From assembly GCF_008065095.1 (NCBI RefSeq), contig NZ_CP042911.1, positions 6,540,001 to 6,572,000 on the forward strand: a stretch of 32,000 bases of DNA, given 5' to 3'. A program made the translations under genes and the position numbers. Shown here piece after piece: positions 1 through 9,123 of this stretch. The notes under the pieces are model-generated. The model ran no database searches, was not told the DNA's origin, and saw only the letters and a list, made by a program, of their open reading frames with translations. Positions within the stretch are counted from its first letter, which is position 1. The number at the start of each line of letters is the position of its first letter. Origin of the DNA: Gemmata obscuriglobus. GTDB lineage: Bacteria > Planctomycetota > Planctomycetia > Gemmatales > Gemmataceae.

Positions 1-1
1 C

Positions 2-1153
2 GTGTTCGGCCGCGGCGCGAGCGTGACCGAGGCGGAGGAGCTGGCCCGCACCGCCGACGCCGAGCCGCTCCCGGCGGCCGGGCTGCGCCGGGTCGCGGCG
101 GTGGCGGTCACCGCCGCCAAGGAACTGGCCGGGCGCGACCTCGTGTTCTACGCGGTCGGGCTGCTCGCCTCGGCGCTACTGTCGGCGGCGATCCCGTTCG
201 GCAGCCTCCAGCACACGATGCACCACACCGACAAATCGTCCCCGCTGCTGATGACCGCGCTGGCGGTACCGCTGTACTCGTCCCCGCTGCCGGGGATGAT
301 GAAGATCGGCCTCATGTTCGAGCACGGCAACTCGATCGGGGCCGCGTTCGTGCTGTTCACGCTGGGCATCGGAACCAGCGCCGGGACCGTGACGTGGCTG
401 CTGACGGACTTCGGGGGCCGCCGGGTGCTCCCCTGGCTCGGCGCCTACCTAGCCGTTGTGCTCGCCGTCGCATACGCGACGGAACCGGTCCTGTACGACA
501 CCCGGAAAGAGGAGGCGGACCACACGCACGCGTTCGACGACTACTCGGCCCCCTTCCCTTCCGGGTCCGGCGGACCGGCCGAGGCGGGCGCGAAGCTGGC
601 CGAGAAGTTCGGGCCGATGGAGCAGCCGGCCGTGTACGGCTTCGTTGCGCTCCTGGCTGCCGGGGTCGTGCTGCGACGCGCCGACCGGGCGGGGGCACTG
701 GAGCGGTGGCTCACCGCGCCGCCGCCGAGCCGGGCGCGCACGCGATGGGACGCCAACGTGCCCGGCTCGGTGCTGGGAGCGGTCTCGCTGCTGGGGTTAG
801 TCGCGTTCAGTGTGGTCGGGGCGTACCTGTACTACCCGGACCGCGAGCAGTGCTTCGAGGAGATGAAGGCCGTTCACGCGGACGCGGTCGTCGCGGCCCG
901 GACCGGCAAACGGGACGAGGCGATCCGGCAACTGGAGCGGTGGGACTTACTGACCCGCAAGTTGCAGGTCGGCGTGTACATCCGCACGTTGCGGTTGAGC
1001 GACGAGCAGGCGCGATCGGCCGACGACCTCCGGGAACGGCTGGAAGAGGTGCGCGACGCCCTCCTGGCGAACGACGCCACCGTAGCCGAATCCGCGCTCC
1101 CGGCGCTCGAGCGGGCGTACCGCACGTGTCGCACCGCGTTCGCTCCGAATTGA
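2..1153 (+). CDS. Predicted permease, DUF318/ArsP-like, probably 5'-truncated by the window edge, with a C-terminal soluble helical domain
   Basis: The frame is open from the window edge. It has several hydrophobic TM-like segments. PLYSSPLPGMMKIGLMFEHGNSIGAAFVLFTLG resembles the second-half repeat of DUF318-type permeases, so the first half should lie upstream of the window. The last ~110 aa are charged and helical. Confidence 0.55.
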   Translation: MFGRGASVTEAEELARTADAEPLPAAGLRRVAAVAVTAAKELAGRDLVFYAVGLLASALLSAAIPFGSLQHTMHHTDKSSPLLMTALAVPLYSSPLPGMMKIGLMFEHGNSIGAAFVLFTLGIGTSAGTVTWLLTDFGGRRVLPWLGAYLAVVLAVAYATEPVLYDTRKEEADHTHAFDDYSAPFPSGSGGPAEAGAKLAEKFGPMEQPAVYGFVALLAAGVVLRRADRAGALERWLTAPPPSRARTRWDANVPGSVLGAVSLLGLVAFSVVGAYLYYPDREQCFEEMKAVHADAVVAARTGKRDEAIRQLERWDLLTRKLQVGVYIRTLRLSDEQARSADDLRERLEEVRDALLANDATVAESALPALERAYRTCRTAFAPN

Positions 1154-1285
1154 ACGCCGGTGCGAAGTTGGCGGCTACCGCTCTGCCCGCTGGCAAGTAG
1201 ACTGATCGATCACCCCGTGAACAGTGAGCCGCCCAGAACATAGGTGGTCAAGTACCGCAGCCCCCGCGACGAAAGCAGGTTCAAG

Positions 1286-3007
1286 ATGCTGCCCGTACTT
1301 CTGACCGCAACAATCGTCGCGCCGGCCGCCGATCCGGTAACCACGCCCCCGCTACCGGGCTTTCGCACGAGTGCGTGGTTTGAAGAACGGGTGCGTGAAG
1401 AGTGGGTCACAGAAGGTGTTCGCGCGATCGCAAATGCGCCTGCGAACTTCGACCCGAAGAAACCGACCCAGTTGGTCATCTACGCGACCCCCAACGGCAA
1501 CTCTGTTGAGCAAACGTTCGGCTGCGCGACCGGCCCCGGTCTCGACTGGCACTTCGATATTCAACACGTCGCGGCCCAGGTGCGGAAGCTCCGTGAGGTC
1601 CGCCCCGGCGAGAACATCGTCCTGGTGTGCGTCGAAGCCGACGGGCTGAGTTGGCCCGCCTGGAAGCGCCGCTACAAGGACGGCCCCGACCGGGTTCGCA
1701 AAGTGGTCGATGTGCTGCGCCAGTGGGTTCCCGGCGTAAGTGCGCGCGTGTCGCTGGCCGGGCACAGCGGCGGGGGCAGCTTTCTGTTCGGGCTCCTCGA
1801 CAACGCGGATCGTATCCCGGATTGGGTCGAGCGAATGGTATTCCTCGACGCCAACTACTCCTACAGTGACGCCGATAAGCACGGCGAAAAACTGCTCTCG
1901 TGGCTGAACGGAGACACGTCTCGTCGGCTCGTCGTGATCGCATACGACGACCGGAACATCGAACTCGATGGGAAGAAGGTAATCGGACCGGACGGCGGCA
2001 CCTTTCGCGCGACCGAGCGCATGCGCACGCGGTTCGCAAAAGACGTGACGTTCGCAGAGACCAAAGCCGGAGACGTGACAACCTGTACCGCGCTCGGCGG
2101 TCAGCTCGCGCTACTGGTTCACGCGAACCCCAAAAACAAGATCCTACACACCGCGCTGGTGGGCGAAATGAACGGGTTGTTGCGCGGCCTGACCGATCCC
2201 GGCGTGAAACCCGAGTGGGGCACGTTCGGCGCGCCGCGGACGTTCACCGCGTGGGTACAGCCCGGACCGGGCATCCCGAAACGCCCCGCCGACGCGACCG
2301 GAGGAACCGCGTTCTTTAAATCGCTCGACAAGCTCCCCCTCCTGGAGCGGGAAGAGGTGATCGCGCGAGAAATACTCCGCGGGAACGTACCCGAATTTCT
2401 ACGCACGTTTCAAAAGATCACCACGAAGGCACGCGACGCGAGCGGGAAGGAACACACCGTGGTGTTCGAGGTCATGCCGGATTACCTTGCGGTAGGCAGC
2501 GACGCCGATTTCGTCCGTGTGCCTATGACTCCGCAAACCGCAGCCCGGATTGCAGACGCTTTCGGGTGCGCGGTGCCGACCCGGAAAGTCGCCGACGAAG
2601 TGTACCGAGCTGCGGTAGTGAAATTGGAGCCGAAACCGCTCACCGAGGATCGCGAACGGCCGTCGACATTTCTGAAGCACAACGTGTTGATCGAGGAGCA
2701 GCGCCGCGGACGGAAGCTCGGCGAACTGGCCGCAGGGATCAAGAAAGATGTGGTGGTGTCGAACCGGTTGACCGAGAAGCCCGGTCGGGTCGCCATTTAC
2801 GGGTGGCACAAGCTCGACGGAAAAGCCATTCAGCTGCTCACGATCGTTCACGGCGAAACGTACGTGGATTACAGCCACGGGGTGCGACTGATGAAACGCA
2901 CGGTTCTTGTTGATAACCAGCCGCGCGACGTGCGACACGTCTTATATTCGTCCGCGCTACACGCGTTACTGAGCGACGAGGGTCCTGTGACCCGCCCGGC
3001 ATACTGA
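1286..3007 (+). CDS. Secreted two-domain hypothetical protein: N-terminal alpha/beta-hydrolase-like domain plus a C-terminal domain of unknown function
   Basis: ATG at 1286 is followed by a signal-like MLPVLLTATIVAPAA; the track ORF starts at an upstream GTG at 1244. Nucleophile-elbow-like motif GHSGGG. Coding-like amino-acid composition throughout. I recognise no motif in the C-terminal ~300 aa. Confidence 0.7.
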   Translation: MLPVLLTATIVAPAADPVTTPPLPGFRTSAWFEERVREEWVTEGVRAIANAPANFDPKKPTQLVIYATPNGNSVEQTFGCATGPGLDWHFDIQHVAAQVRKLREVRPGENIVLVCVEADGLSWPAWKRRYKDGPDRVRKVVDVLRQWVPGVSARVSLAGHSGGGSFLFGLLDNADRIPDWVERMVFLDANYSYSDADKHGEKLLSWLNGDTSRRLVVIAYDDRNIELDGKKVIGPDGGTFRATERMRTRFAKDVTFAETKAGDVTTCTALGGQLALLVHANPKNKILHTALVGEMNGLLRGLTDPGVKPEWGTFGAPRTFTAWVQPGPGIPKRPADATGGTAFFKSLDKLPLLEREEVIAREILRGNVPEFLRTFQKITTKARDASGKEHTVVFEVMPDYLAVGSDADFVRVPMTPQTAARIADAFGCAVPTRKVADEVYRAAVVKLEPKPLTEDRERPSTFLKHNVLIEEQRRGRKLGELAAGIKKDVVVSNRLTEKPGRVAIYGWHKLDGKAIQLLTIVHGETYVDYSHGVRLMKRTVLVDNQPRDVRHVLYSSALHALLSDEGPVTRPAY

Positions 3008-3215
3008 CCCAGCGGTTTCCGCTCACGGACGTGCCAGACGCTCCGGAGCGTGCCCGACCGACAAAAGGGTCCGCGAAACACAGCACCCCCTCCTGGGTCC
3101 GCTCGGCAGTCTGGGGCGGAGGGTGTTGGTGCCGGATAGGTCCGCTGCGTCTCGCTGGCGTTGCGGCTACACGTCAGAAAAGAAGATCGCGCCGAATACG
3201 GGCCGAAATGGAAAC

Positions 3216-3240
3216 CAGCGGCCCCAACTGCGGGCCGCTG
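3216..3240 (-). terminator. Candidate intrinsic terminator hairpin downstream of the desaturase gene
   Basis: Perfect 9-bp stem CAGCGGCCC / GGGCCGCTG with a 7-nt loop, 28 nt past the minus-strand stop. On the minus strand it is followed by GTTTCCATTTCGG, which is only moderately T-rich. Confidence 0.3.
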
Positions 3241-3267
3241 GAGGTACCTACGAAATTGAGTGGCGGC

Positions 3268-4056
3268 TCAAGATACCGCGTCCTGGGTTTTCGCCGAGGC
3301 CGCCTCTTCAGCCTCTTTCGCGGCGGCCTCGGCCTTGAGCTTTTCGTAAAATGCCGGGTCGTTGCCGCCCTCGTCCGGGCGCGGCGTCATGCCGGTCACC
3401 CGCGACACGACCCACTCCAGCGCCGGGAAGAAGTAGATGTTGGTCAGGAAAGGGTTGCACCAGCCGGTGGTGATGCAGTAGTTGGCCTGGTACGGCAACT
3501 TGTGGTGCTTTTGGTGGTGGTCCTTGGTGAGGATCAGCCGGCAGCTCTGGAGCACGCGGGCGAACCGCGGCGGGTGCTTCATGTGCGCCCACAGGTGGAA
3601 CTGGCTGGTCCACATCGCGAACGCGCCGATCGCCCACACGAACACCCCGGCGTACAGCCAGCCGATCGGCTCGGTCGGGAAGAACAGCGGGACGATCAGG
3701 AACGGCGAAGCGCCGAGCACGTTGTCCCCGTTCGTGGTGAAGAAGTTACTCTTGACCATGTCGAGCGGGTAGGCGTGGTGGAACCGGAACGGCCGCACGA
3801 ACCGCCACCCGACGACCGGTGTCTTGGGGGTGCCCCACGTGTCACCGGCCCAGTGTACGAAGCCGGAAACGAAGTCCGCACCGAGCAACCCGAGCGGGAT
3901 GAGGACCAGGGTCGGCCAGTCCCAAAAGCCGGGCGCGTTAACGAAACGAACCAAGCTGACGATCACCAACGTGATCCCAGCCAGAACAAAAAACACCTCG
4001 CTCGGGAGTACCGGGAACTCCGATACATCCGCTGCTCGGGTTCGCTGTATTTTCAT
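3268..4056 (-). CDS. CarF / PEDS1 (TMEM189) / FAD4-family membrane lipid desaturase (Kua-type histidine-rich domain)
   Basis: Histidine clusters and surrounding blocks match the family as I recall it from human TMEM189: FVHWAGDTWG, RPFRFHHAYP, TNGDN, QFHLWAHMKH, KDHHQKHH, YCITTGW. TM segments are present. I place the start at the internal ATG at 4056 (MKIQRTRAAD...), because the upstream 63 codons of the track ORF look non-coding. Confidence 0.85.
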   Translation of the reverse strand: MKIQRTRAADVSEFPVLPSEVFFVLAGITLVIVSLVRFVNAPGFWDWPTLVLIPLGLLGADFVSGFVHWAGDTWGTPKTPVVGWRFVRPFRFHHAYPLDMVKSNFFTTNGDNVLGASPFLIVPLFFPTEPIGWLYAGVFVWAIGAFAMWTSQFHLWAHMKHPPRFARVLQSCRLILTKDHHQKHHKLPYQANYCITTGWCNPFLTNIYFFPALEWVVSRVTGMTPRPDEGGNDPAFYEKLKAEAAAKEAEEAASAKTQDAVS

Positions 4057-4289
4057 TCCAATTTGTCTCACAGTGTGCCACGAGTCTGCACCGAACCGGC
4101 AGTGCGATCCGGTGTGCACCTTCTCCGTTGTACGTACTCCCCACAACGTGCCGCCGGACGTGGCGTCATATTCCTGAAAAATTAGCCACTTCCGCGCTCT
4201 TGACCGCCTGCCTATGTCGGTGGGATTCCGAACGGAACGCTTCACGAACGCCGTTCGATCGGACAGCAGGACACGACTTTATCGGAACG

Positions 4290-4297
4290 ATTTTCGA
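4290..4297. repeat. Left copy of the 8-bp target-site duplication ATTTTCGA of the ISL3-like element
   Basis: Identical octamer directly abutting both inverted repeats (4290..4297 and 5791..5798). Confidence 0.8.
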
Positions 4298-5790
4298 GAC
4301 ACTTCTCGCTGGACGCGACAGCGGGTACTGCGTTGCGGTGATTGATCTTGTGAAAGAGTCCAGCCGGTGCCTTTTTGGGGGTTACCACACCAACCCATCA
4401 AGGACACCGGCATGGACCGCGCTCATGTGCGCGTTGTGTCGAAGAGTTGTGCCCCGGAGACCTTCCCGTGCCCCCGGTGCGGAGAACGGGGACGGCGGAA
4501 AGGTACCCACACCCGCCGCGTTCGGGACATCGCCTACGGGGAAATCGTGTTCCTCGAGTTGACCGTTGGAGAATACCGCGCCACCTGTGCCTGTTGCAAG
4601 ACCTTCCGCTCTCAGATCGAAGGGATCGAACCTCGAGCCGAGTACACCAACCGCGTTCGCGAGGCCGTCATCGACCGACTCCTCGAGGACGGCATGAGCG
4701 CCCATCGGCTCCAACAGGCGTTGCGTCGGGACTTCCTCCTGGATCTGTCCGACGGGTTCCTCTCGGACTGCCTGGACTGGAAGGTGCGCCAGACCGACAT
4801 GCCCGGGTACCGCCAGTGGACGCTTGACAACTTCTCGGGCACCCTGTGCATCGACGAGCTGCACTTGGGCCACCGCACGCTCCTGTTGGCCACCGACCCG
4901 ATCGGCGATTTCCCGGTGGCCTTCGCCGTGGTCTCGGCCAACGATCAGGCCCATATGCGTGGGTTCCTGAACAACCTGCGGAACCACGGGTTCTTGCCCC
5001 AAGTGGTCGTCACCGATGGCTCGAACCTGTACCCCACCGTGTTGGCGGACCTGTGGCCCCACGCCCGTCACCAGCTGTGCGTGTTCCATGTCCTCAAGGA
5101 CATCAATACCCATGTCTTCGATGCCCTGCGACGGCTCCGACGCGCGCTCGCCCGAAAAGGGGGACGGAAGCGACGTCGGGGCCGGCCGAGCAAGGCCCAG
5201 AAACAGGCCCGGGCACGCCGCGGGAAGACCAAGACGGAGCAAGGGCACTTCGTGTGGAAGCATCGGCACCTGATCGTGACCCGACCCGAACATCTGGATG
5301 GGCGACAACGCCGCTGGCTCAGCCAGATGTTCGGTTACCTGCCCGCGCTGCGGGCGCTCCGCGCGTTCGCGCTTCGGATCTATCGGCTGTTCGACCCCGA
5401 GCAAAGCCCTCATCAAGCGCGGTGCCGTCGGGCGGCTCTGGTCCGAGACGCACAGTACCAATCCGATCCCGACCTGTCCTCGGCGTTGGAACTGCTGAGC
5501 GCCGAGAAGTTCGACAAGATGATGGCGTTCCTGCACAGCCCCCACGCTCGACGGGTTCGGACCAATAACCACGTGGAGCGCACCAATCGGCGCCTCCGAT
5601 ACTTGGAAAAGGTGCGGTACAAATGGCGTCGGCGAAGGACCATCGTCCGGTTCATCGTCCTGGCCCTGGATCGCTGGCACCAACAACGCTTGACCCAAAA
5701 ACAAACCGCGGTCACGCCGGATACACAGTCGAAGGGTGTGGAGACCAGAAAGCCGGCATCATGAAGTTGTCGCGTTCAGCGAGAAGTCTC
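4298..5790 (+). mobile_element. Complete ISL3-family-like insertion sequence (1493 bp)
   Basis: Terminal inverted repeats: 4298..4320 is GACACTTCTCGCTGGACGCGACA and the reverse complement of 5768..5790 is GAGACTTCTCGCTGAACGCGACA (21/23 identical). They are flanked by the 8-bp direct repeat ATTTTCGA. The element carries a single uninterrupted transposase ORF. Confidence 0.85.
4412..5764 (+). CDS. ISL3-family DDE transposase
   Basis: N-terminal zinc-finger-like CPRCGERG...CACCKTF. DDE blocks LCIDELHLG, VVVTDGSNLYP and QLCVFHVLKD. C-terminal TNNHVERTNRRLR motif. ATG at 4412 (MDRAHV...). No internal stops. Confidence 0.85.
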   Translation: MDRAHVRVVSKSCAPETFPCPRCGERGRRKGTHTRRVRDIAYGEIVFLELTVGEYRATCACCKTFRSQIEGIEPRAEYTNRVREAVIDRLLEDGMSAHRLQQALRRDFLLDLSDGFLSDCLDWKVRQTDMPGYRQWTLDNFSGTLCIDELHLGHRTLLLATDPIGDFPVAFAVVSANDQAHMRGFLNNLRNHGFLPQVVVTDGSNLYPTVLADLWPHARHQLCVFHVLKDINTHVFDALRRLRRALARKGGRKRRRGRPSKAQKQARARRGKTKTEQGHFVWKHRHLIVTRPEHLDGRQRRWLSQMFGYLPALRALRAFALRIYRLFDPEQSPHQARCRRAALVRDAQYQSDPDLSSALELLSAEKFDKMMAFLHSPHARRVRTNNHVERTNRRLRYLEKVRYKWRRRRTIVRFIVLALDRWHQQRLTQKQTAVTPDTQSKGVETRKPAS

Positions 5791-5798
5791 ATTTTCGA
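5791..5798. repeat. Right copy of the 8-bp target-site duplication ATTTTCGA
   Basis: See 4290..4297. Confidence 0.8.
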
Positions 5799-6010
5799 TG
5801 TCAATTTAGCCCGCCCCTTCCCCACTCGCTTCGATGAAATAACCCGGCCGGCGGCATCACAGGCGTACACGCGACGTTCGTAACGGTCACGGAACATGGA
5901 ATGTCCGGGAAACTTCAGAAATCATAGCGGCACCCGGCATCTGGACGAGGCCCACACGCGCTGGTAAGTTGCGTTCTCACCGCACCCGATCCTGACCACC
6001 GGATGCGCTC

Positions 6011-7408
6011 ATGCGCTGTGCCGTCGCGCTGCTCGCGCTCGCCGTTTGCGCCACCGGAACCGCTCGGGCCGCAGACACAAAAGGGCCGAACGTCCTGTTC
6101 CTGTTCGCCGACGATCAGCGTGCGGACACGGTCTCGGCCCTCGGCAACACGCGCATCCGAACCCCCAATCTCGACCGGTTGGTAAAGCGCGGTGTGTCGT
6201 TCGATCGCGCGTACATGCAGGGCGGGCTGAACGGGGCGACGTGTGTGCCGTCGCGAGCGATGCTGTTATCGGGCCGGTGCCTGTTCCGCATTGATGAGAA
6301 GCTCCTGCGCGACGAAACCTGGCCGGAGGCCTTCGCAAAGGCGGGTTACGGCACGTTCGCAACCGGCAAATGGCACAACGGCGAAAAGTCGCTTGTGCGC
6401 TGCTTCCCAGAGGCCCGCGGCATCTTCGCCGGCGGAATGACGGACCCGCTGAAGGCGCCGCTCGCGGACATCGAAGGCAGCAAGCTGGCGGCCCCGAAAC
6501 TGGCGCCCAAGCACGCGTGCGCGGTGTTCGCGGACGAGGCCATCAAGTTCCTGAACCGCAAGCACGAGAAGCCGTTCTTCTGCTACGTCCCGTTCGACGC
6601 GCCCCACGACCCGCACATCGTGCCCGACGACTTCCCCATTCGGTACGACGTGGAACAGATCCAACTGCCGCCCAACTTCTTACCTCAGCACCCGTTCAAC
6701 AACGGCGAGATGAGCGTCCGGGACGAGGCCCTGCTCGCGTGGCCGCGCGACCCCGAGAAGGTGCGCGAGATGATTGCCGAGTACTACCGCTACGTTTCGT
6801 ACCTCGATTCCGAAATAGGCCGCGTGCTCGACGCCCTCGATCGGTCCCCCCACTCCCGTAACACAATCGTCGTGTTCGCAGCCGATTCGGGCGTCGCTCG
6901 GGGCAGCCACGGCCTGATCGGCAAGCAGAACTGTTACGAACACTCGCTGCGCGTGCCGCTCGTGCTCGCCGGCCCCGGGATCGCCGAGAACAAGCGAACG
7001 GCCGCGATGTGCTACCTCTTCGACGTGCTGCCCACCCTCGGGAAGTTGTGCGGCGTGCCCGGCCCGCAAACCAGCGAGGGGCTCGAGTTCTCGCAGGTGC
7101 TGACCGATCCGACCCACCCCGCACGACCGCACCTCATGTTCGGCTACAAGAATGTTCAGCGGGCGGTGCGCGACGACCGCTGGAAGTTGATCCGCTACCC
7201 GCAAGTCGACAGAACCCAGCTCTTCGACCTCAAAACCGACCCGGACGAAGTGACCGACCTGTCGGCCAAGCCCGAACACGCCGCCCGCATGAAAGAACTG
7301 CTCGCGCGGCTCGGGGCCGAACAGCAGCGGTTCGGCGACACGGCGCCGTTGACTGTGGCCAAACCACTCCGGGCCGAATGGAACCCGCCGCCCAAGAAAG
7401 GAAACTAA
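6011..7408 (+). CDS. Secreted formylglycine-dependent (Cys-type) sulfatase
   Basis: Signal peptide [21 protein letters not shown]-terminal [14 protein letters not shown]. Sulfatase signature C-x-P-S-R within [14 protein letters not shown]. Downstream sulfatase-like blocks ([12 protein letters not shown]). Confidence 0.9.
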   Translation: MRCAVALLALAVCATGTARAADTKGPNVLFLFADDQRADTVSALGNTRIRTPNLDRLVKRGVSFDRAYMQGGLNGATCVPSRAMLLSGRCLFRIDEKLLRDETWPEAFAKAGYGTFATGKWHNGEKSLVRCFPEARGIFAGGMTDPLKAPLADIEGSKLAAPKLAPKHACAVFADEAIKFLNRKHEKPFFCYVPFDAPHDPHIVPDDFPIRYDVEQIQLPPNFLPQHPFNNGEMSVRDEALLAWPRDPEKVREMIAEYYRYVSYLDSEIGRVLDALDRSPHSRNTIVVFAADSGVARGSHGLIGKQNCYEHSLRVPLVLAGPGIAENKRTAAMCYLFDVLPTLGKLCGVPGPQTSEGLEFSQVLTDPTHPARPHLMFGYKNVQRAVRDDRWKLIRYPQVDRTQLFDLKTDPDEVTDLSAKPEHAARMKELLARLGAEQQRFGDTAPLTVAKPLRAEWNPPPKKGN

Positions 7409-7842
7409 TGATCATCGAACCGACCGCAGTGAGCTACCAAACGGAACCCGGTCTGTCGGTCGATGAGTTCATCGACGTTCTGGTGCGCTCCTCGCTGGCC
7501 GAGCGCCGCCCGGTCCACGACCGCGAGGTGATGCACGCGATGCTGGCCAACGCGCAACTCGTCCTGACCGCCCGGGTCAACGGGTTGCTGGTTGGCGTCA
7601 GCCGGGCCATCACCGACTTCGCCTACTGCACGTACCTGTCGGACCTCGCGGTCGACGAGGCGTTCCAGCGGCGCGGGATCGGGCGCGAACTCATTCGACA
7701 CACCCACGAGGCCGCCGGGTTGCACACGATGCTGGTGCTGCTCGCGGCACCGAAGGCAGAGTCCTATTACCCGCACGTCGGATTGACGAAGCGTGATTCC
7801 TGCTGGACGATCCCGCGACAGCCGCGAAACGGTAGCGCGTAG
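7408..7842 (+). CDS. GNAT-family N-acetyltransferase
   Basis: Acetyl-CoA-binding motif [10 protein letters not shown] preceded by [11 protein letters not shown]. The ATG overlaps the sulfatase stop (TAATG at 7406..7410), which suggests translational coupling. Confidence 0.8.
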   Translation: MIIEPTAVSYQTEPGLSVDEFIDVLVRSSLAERRPVHDREVMHAMLANAQLVLTARVNGLLVGVSRAITDFAYCTYLSDLAVDEAFQRRGIGRELIRHTHEAAGLHTMLVLLAAPKAESYYPHVGLTKRDSCWTIPRQPRNGSA

Positions 7843-7873
7843 GCCACTCATTCACGGTCCGAGTGGCCGTGTC

Positions 7874-7912
7874 TGTTTTTGTGGCACAGACATTCCTCAG
7901 TAGTTGCCACGG
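7874..7912. repeat. Left 39-bp terminal inverted repeat of the decayed IS
   Basis: TGTTTTTGTGGCACAGACATTCCTCAGTAGTTGCCACGG matches the reverse complement of 9036..9074 at 36/39 positions. Confidence 0.8.
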
Positions 7913-9035
7913 CTACGGCGTATTCGGTAGTTCGGTCGCTGCTGGGGTTTGCGCCATTGGTCCGGTGGTGGTGGTGGCGGTGTCGGGTGTGAAGATGATG
8001 ATGATGAGGTCCCGGCAGGTGGTGGCGAGTGTGACGGTACGTTCGGTCATCCACCACGCGCGGATCAGCAGGCTCACCCCGACCAGGAGCAGCCGGTACA
8101 CCGGGTCGTCGCTGGTGGTACGGGCCAGGCACTCGCCCAACTGCCGATACGAGGTCTCGATCCCGAACCGGGTGCGGTAGTCTAACACCACCCGGGGCAA
8201 CCGGTCGAACCCGTCGGAGCACGCGAACACGAGTGGCCGCCGGCCGTCGGGTCCGGGCACCACGGCCACCCGCACGGTGGCCGAATCGGCCCGGCACTTG
8301 CAGCACCGGATGGTGTGCACGAACCACCCCGGGTGCCGCGCCGGAACAGCGGCGGCACCGCCTTCCCGCGCCGCACCATCGGGAGGAGGAACCGGAGCGG
8401 GCGTCGGGCCAACGCGTTGGCCACCCGGGCCGAGTCGAACCCGCGGTCCAGGAGCACGTGCCGGACCTTCACCCCGGCCCACCCGAGCTGGGCCCGGAGC
8501 CGCTCTCCCCGGGCGTCAGGTGTGTCCCCGGGGCGCATCCCGGTGAGCCGCAAGGTATGCCGGTGACAGAGCACCAGGGCCACCGCCGTGGCGTACCCCC
8601 AGAACCACTTGGCCCCGTCCTTGGGCTTGCCCCCGACCACTCCGGGTGTGTTCTCGTAGTCCCCGTCGAACGGCTGCGGGTGGGTGCCGATGGCGATCGG
8701 GATCGGGTGCTCCCGGAACGACCGCGGGAAGTGCCGACGGAACCCGGCGGCCAGGTGCAGCTACAGTGTGTCCCGGTCCCGCGGCAGATCCCCGGCCCAC
8801 GGCCGCGACCCGCCGGGCGACCGCCGAGAGGGCCACCCGCAGAACCGACGCGACCCGCCGGCACCCGGGTCACCGACGCACCGTCGGTCCGGTGCAGCAC
8901 GCCGGCCCCCCCCCGGCCCAGGCGTGTTGGCTCCGCACCGCGACGGCGGTACATCGGGAACGGCGCATGGCAAACCCCGCTCAATGAGTTGGGCGCACAA
9001 CCCATGGTCACGGAAACTCATGCGCCGCTCAACCA
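7913..9035 (-). pseudogene. Disrupted DDE transposase (IS4/IS5 superfamily)
   Basis: Transposase-like peptides: ...HLAAGFRRHFPRSFREHPIPIAIGTHPQPFDGDYENTPG..KPKDGAKWFWGYATAVAL...VLLDRGFDSARV in the frame of ORF 8182..8640, and ...VFACSDGFDRLPRVVLDYRTRFGIETSYRQLGE (a Y-2-R-3-E signature) in the frame of ORF 7913..8482. There is a frameshift near 8340..8380 and an in-frame TAG at 8761..8763. The N-terminal third seems to need further frame changes. Confidence 0.7.
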
Positions 9036-9074
9036 CCGTGGCAACTACTGAAGAATGCCTGTGCCACAAAGACA
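9036..9074. repeat. Right 39-bp terminal inverted repeat of the decayed IS
   Basis: CCGTGGCAACTACTGAAGAATGCCTGTGCCACAAAGACA. See 7874..7912. Confidence 0.8.
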
Positions 9075-9123
9075 ACAACCAAAACGTACACCAACGGTCG
9101 ATTCGCGTATCAGAGGGCGGTTG

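Larger units (their letters stand above)
7874..9074 (-). mobile_element. Decayed IS4/IS5-superfamily (DDE_Tnp_1-type) insertion sequence, ~1.2 kb
   Basis: 39-bp imperfect inverted repeats bracket a region whose minus strand encodes transposase-like segments in more than one frame. I could not identify a target duplication. Confidence 0.7.

Noticed and set aside
3268-4245. Long N-terminal extensions offered by the ORF track: 3268..4245, 1244.., 7009..7842, 12953.., 14267..15925, 18239.., 18544.., 20883.., 26556...
   Set aside because: The extensions are low-complexity or Arg-rich, or they overlap the preceding gene out of frame. Internal ATG/GTG codons coincide with signal peptides, domain starts or Shine-Dalgarno-like sites, so the shorter models were used.
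4382-5704. 440-aa ORF antisense to the ISL3 transposase. Similar long antisense or alternative-frame ORFs occur at 3031..4185(+), 9819..11147(+), 11563..12816(+), 14334..16058(-), 16003..17109(-), 20057..21394(-), 20648..21943(+) and 29922..31547(-).
   Set aside because: All are extremely Arg/Pro/Gly/Ala-rich with no motifs. Each overlaps a frame that contains clear family signatures. Such stop-free shadow frames are expected in very GC-rich DNA.
7955-8010. Short tandem (GGT)n / (GAT)n runs that might suggest a repeat array.
   Set aside because: There are only about 4 units each, inside the C-terminal coding remnant of the decayed transposase. There is no spacer/repeat organisation, so this is not a CRISPR or VNTR locus of note.
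4298-9074. Possible composite transposon carrying the sulfatase and GNAT genes between two IS elements.
   Set aside because: The two elements have unrelated ends and unrelated transposases (ISL3-like versus IS4/IS5-like). The left element has its own 8-bp target duplication, which indicates an independent simple insertion.
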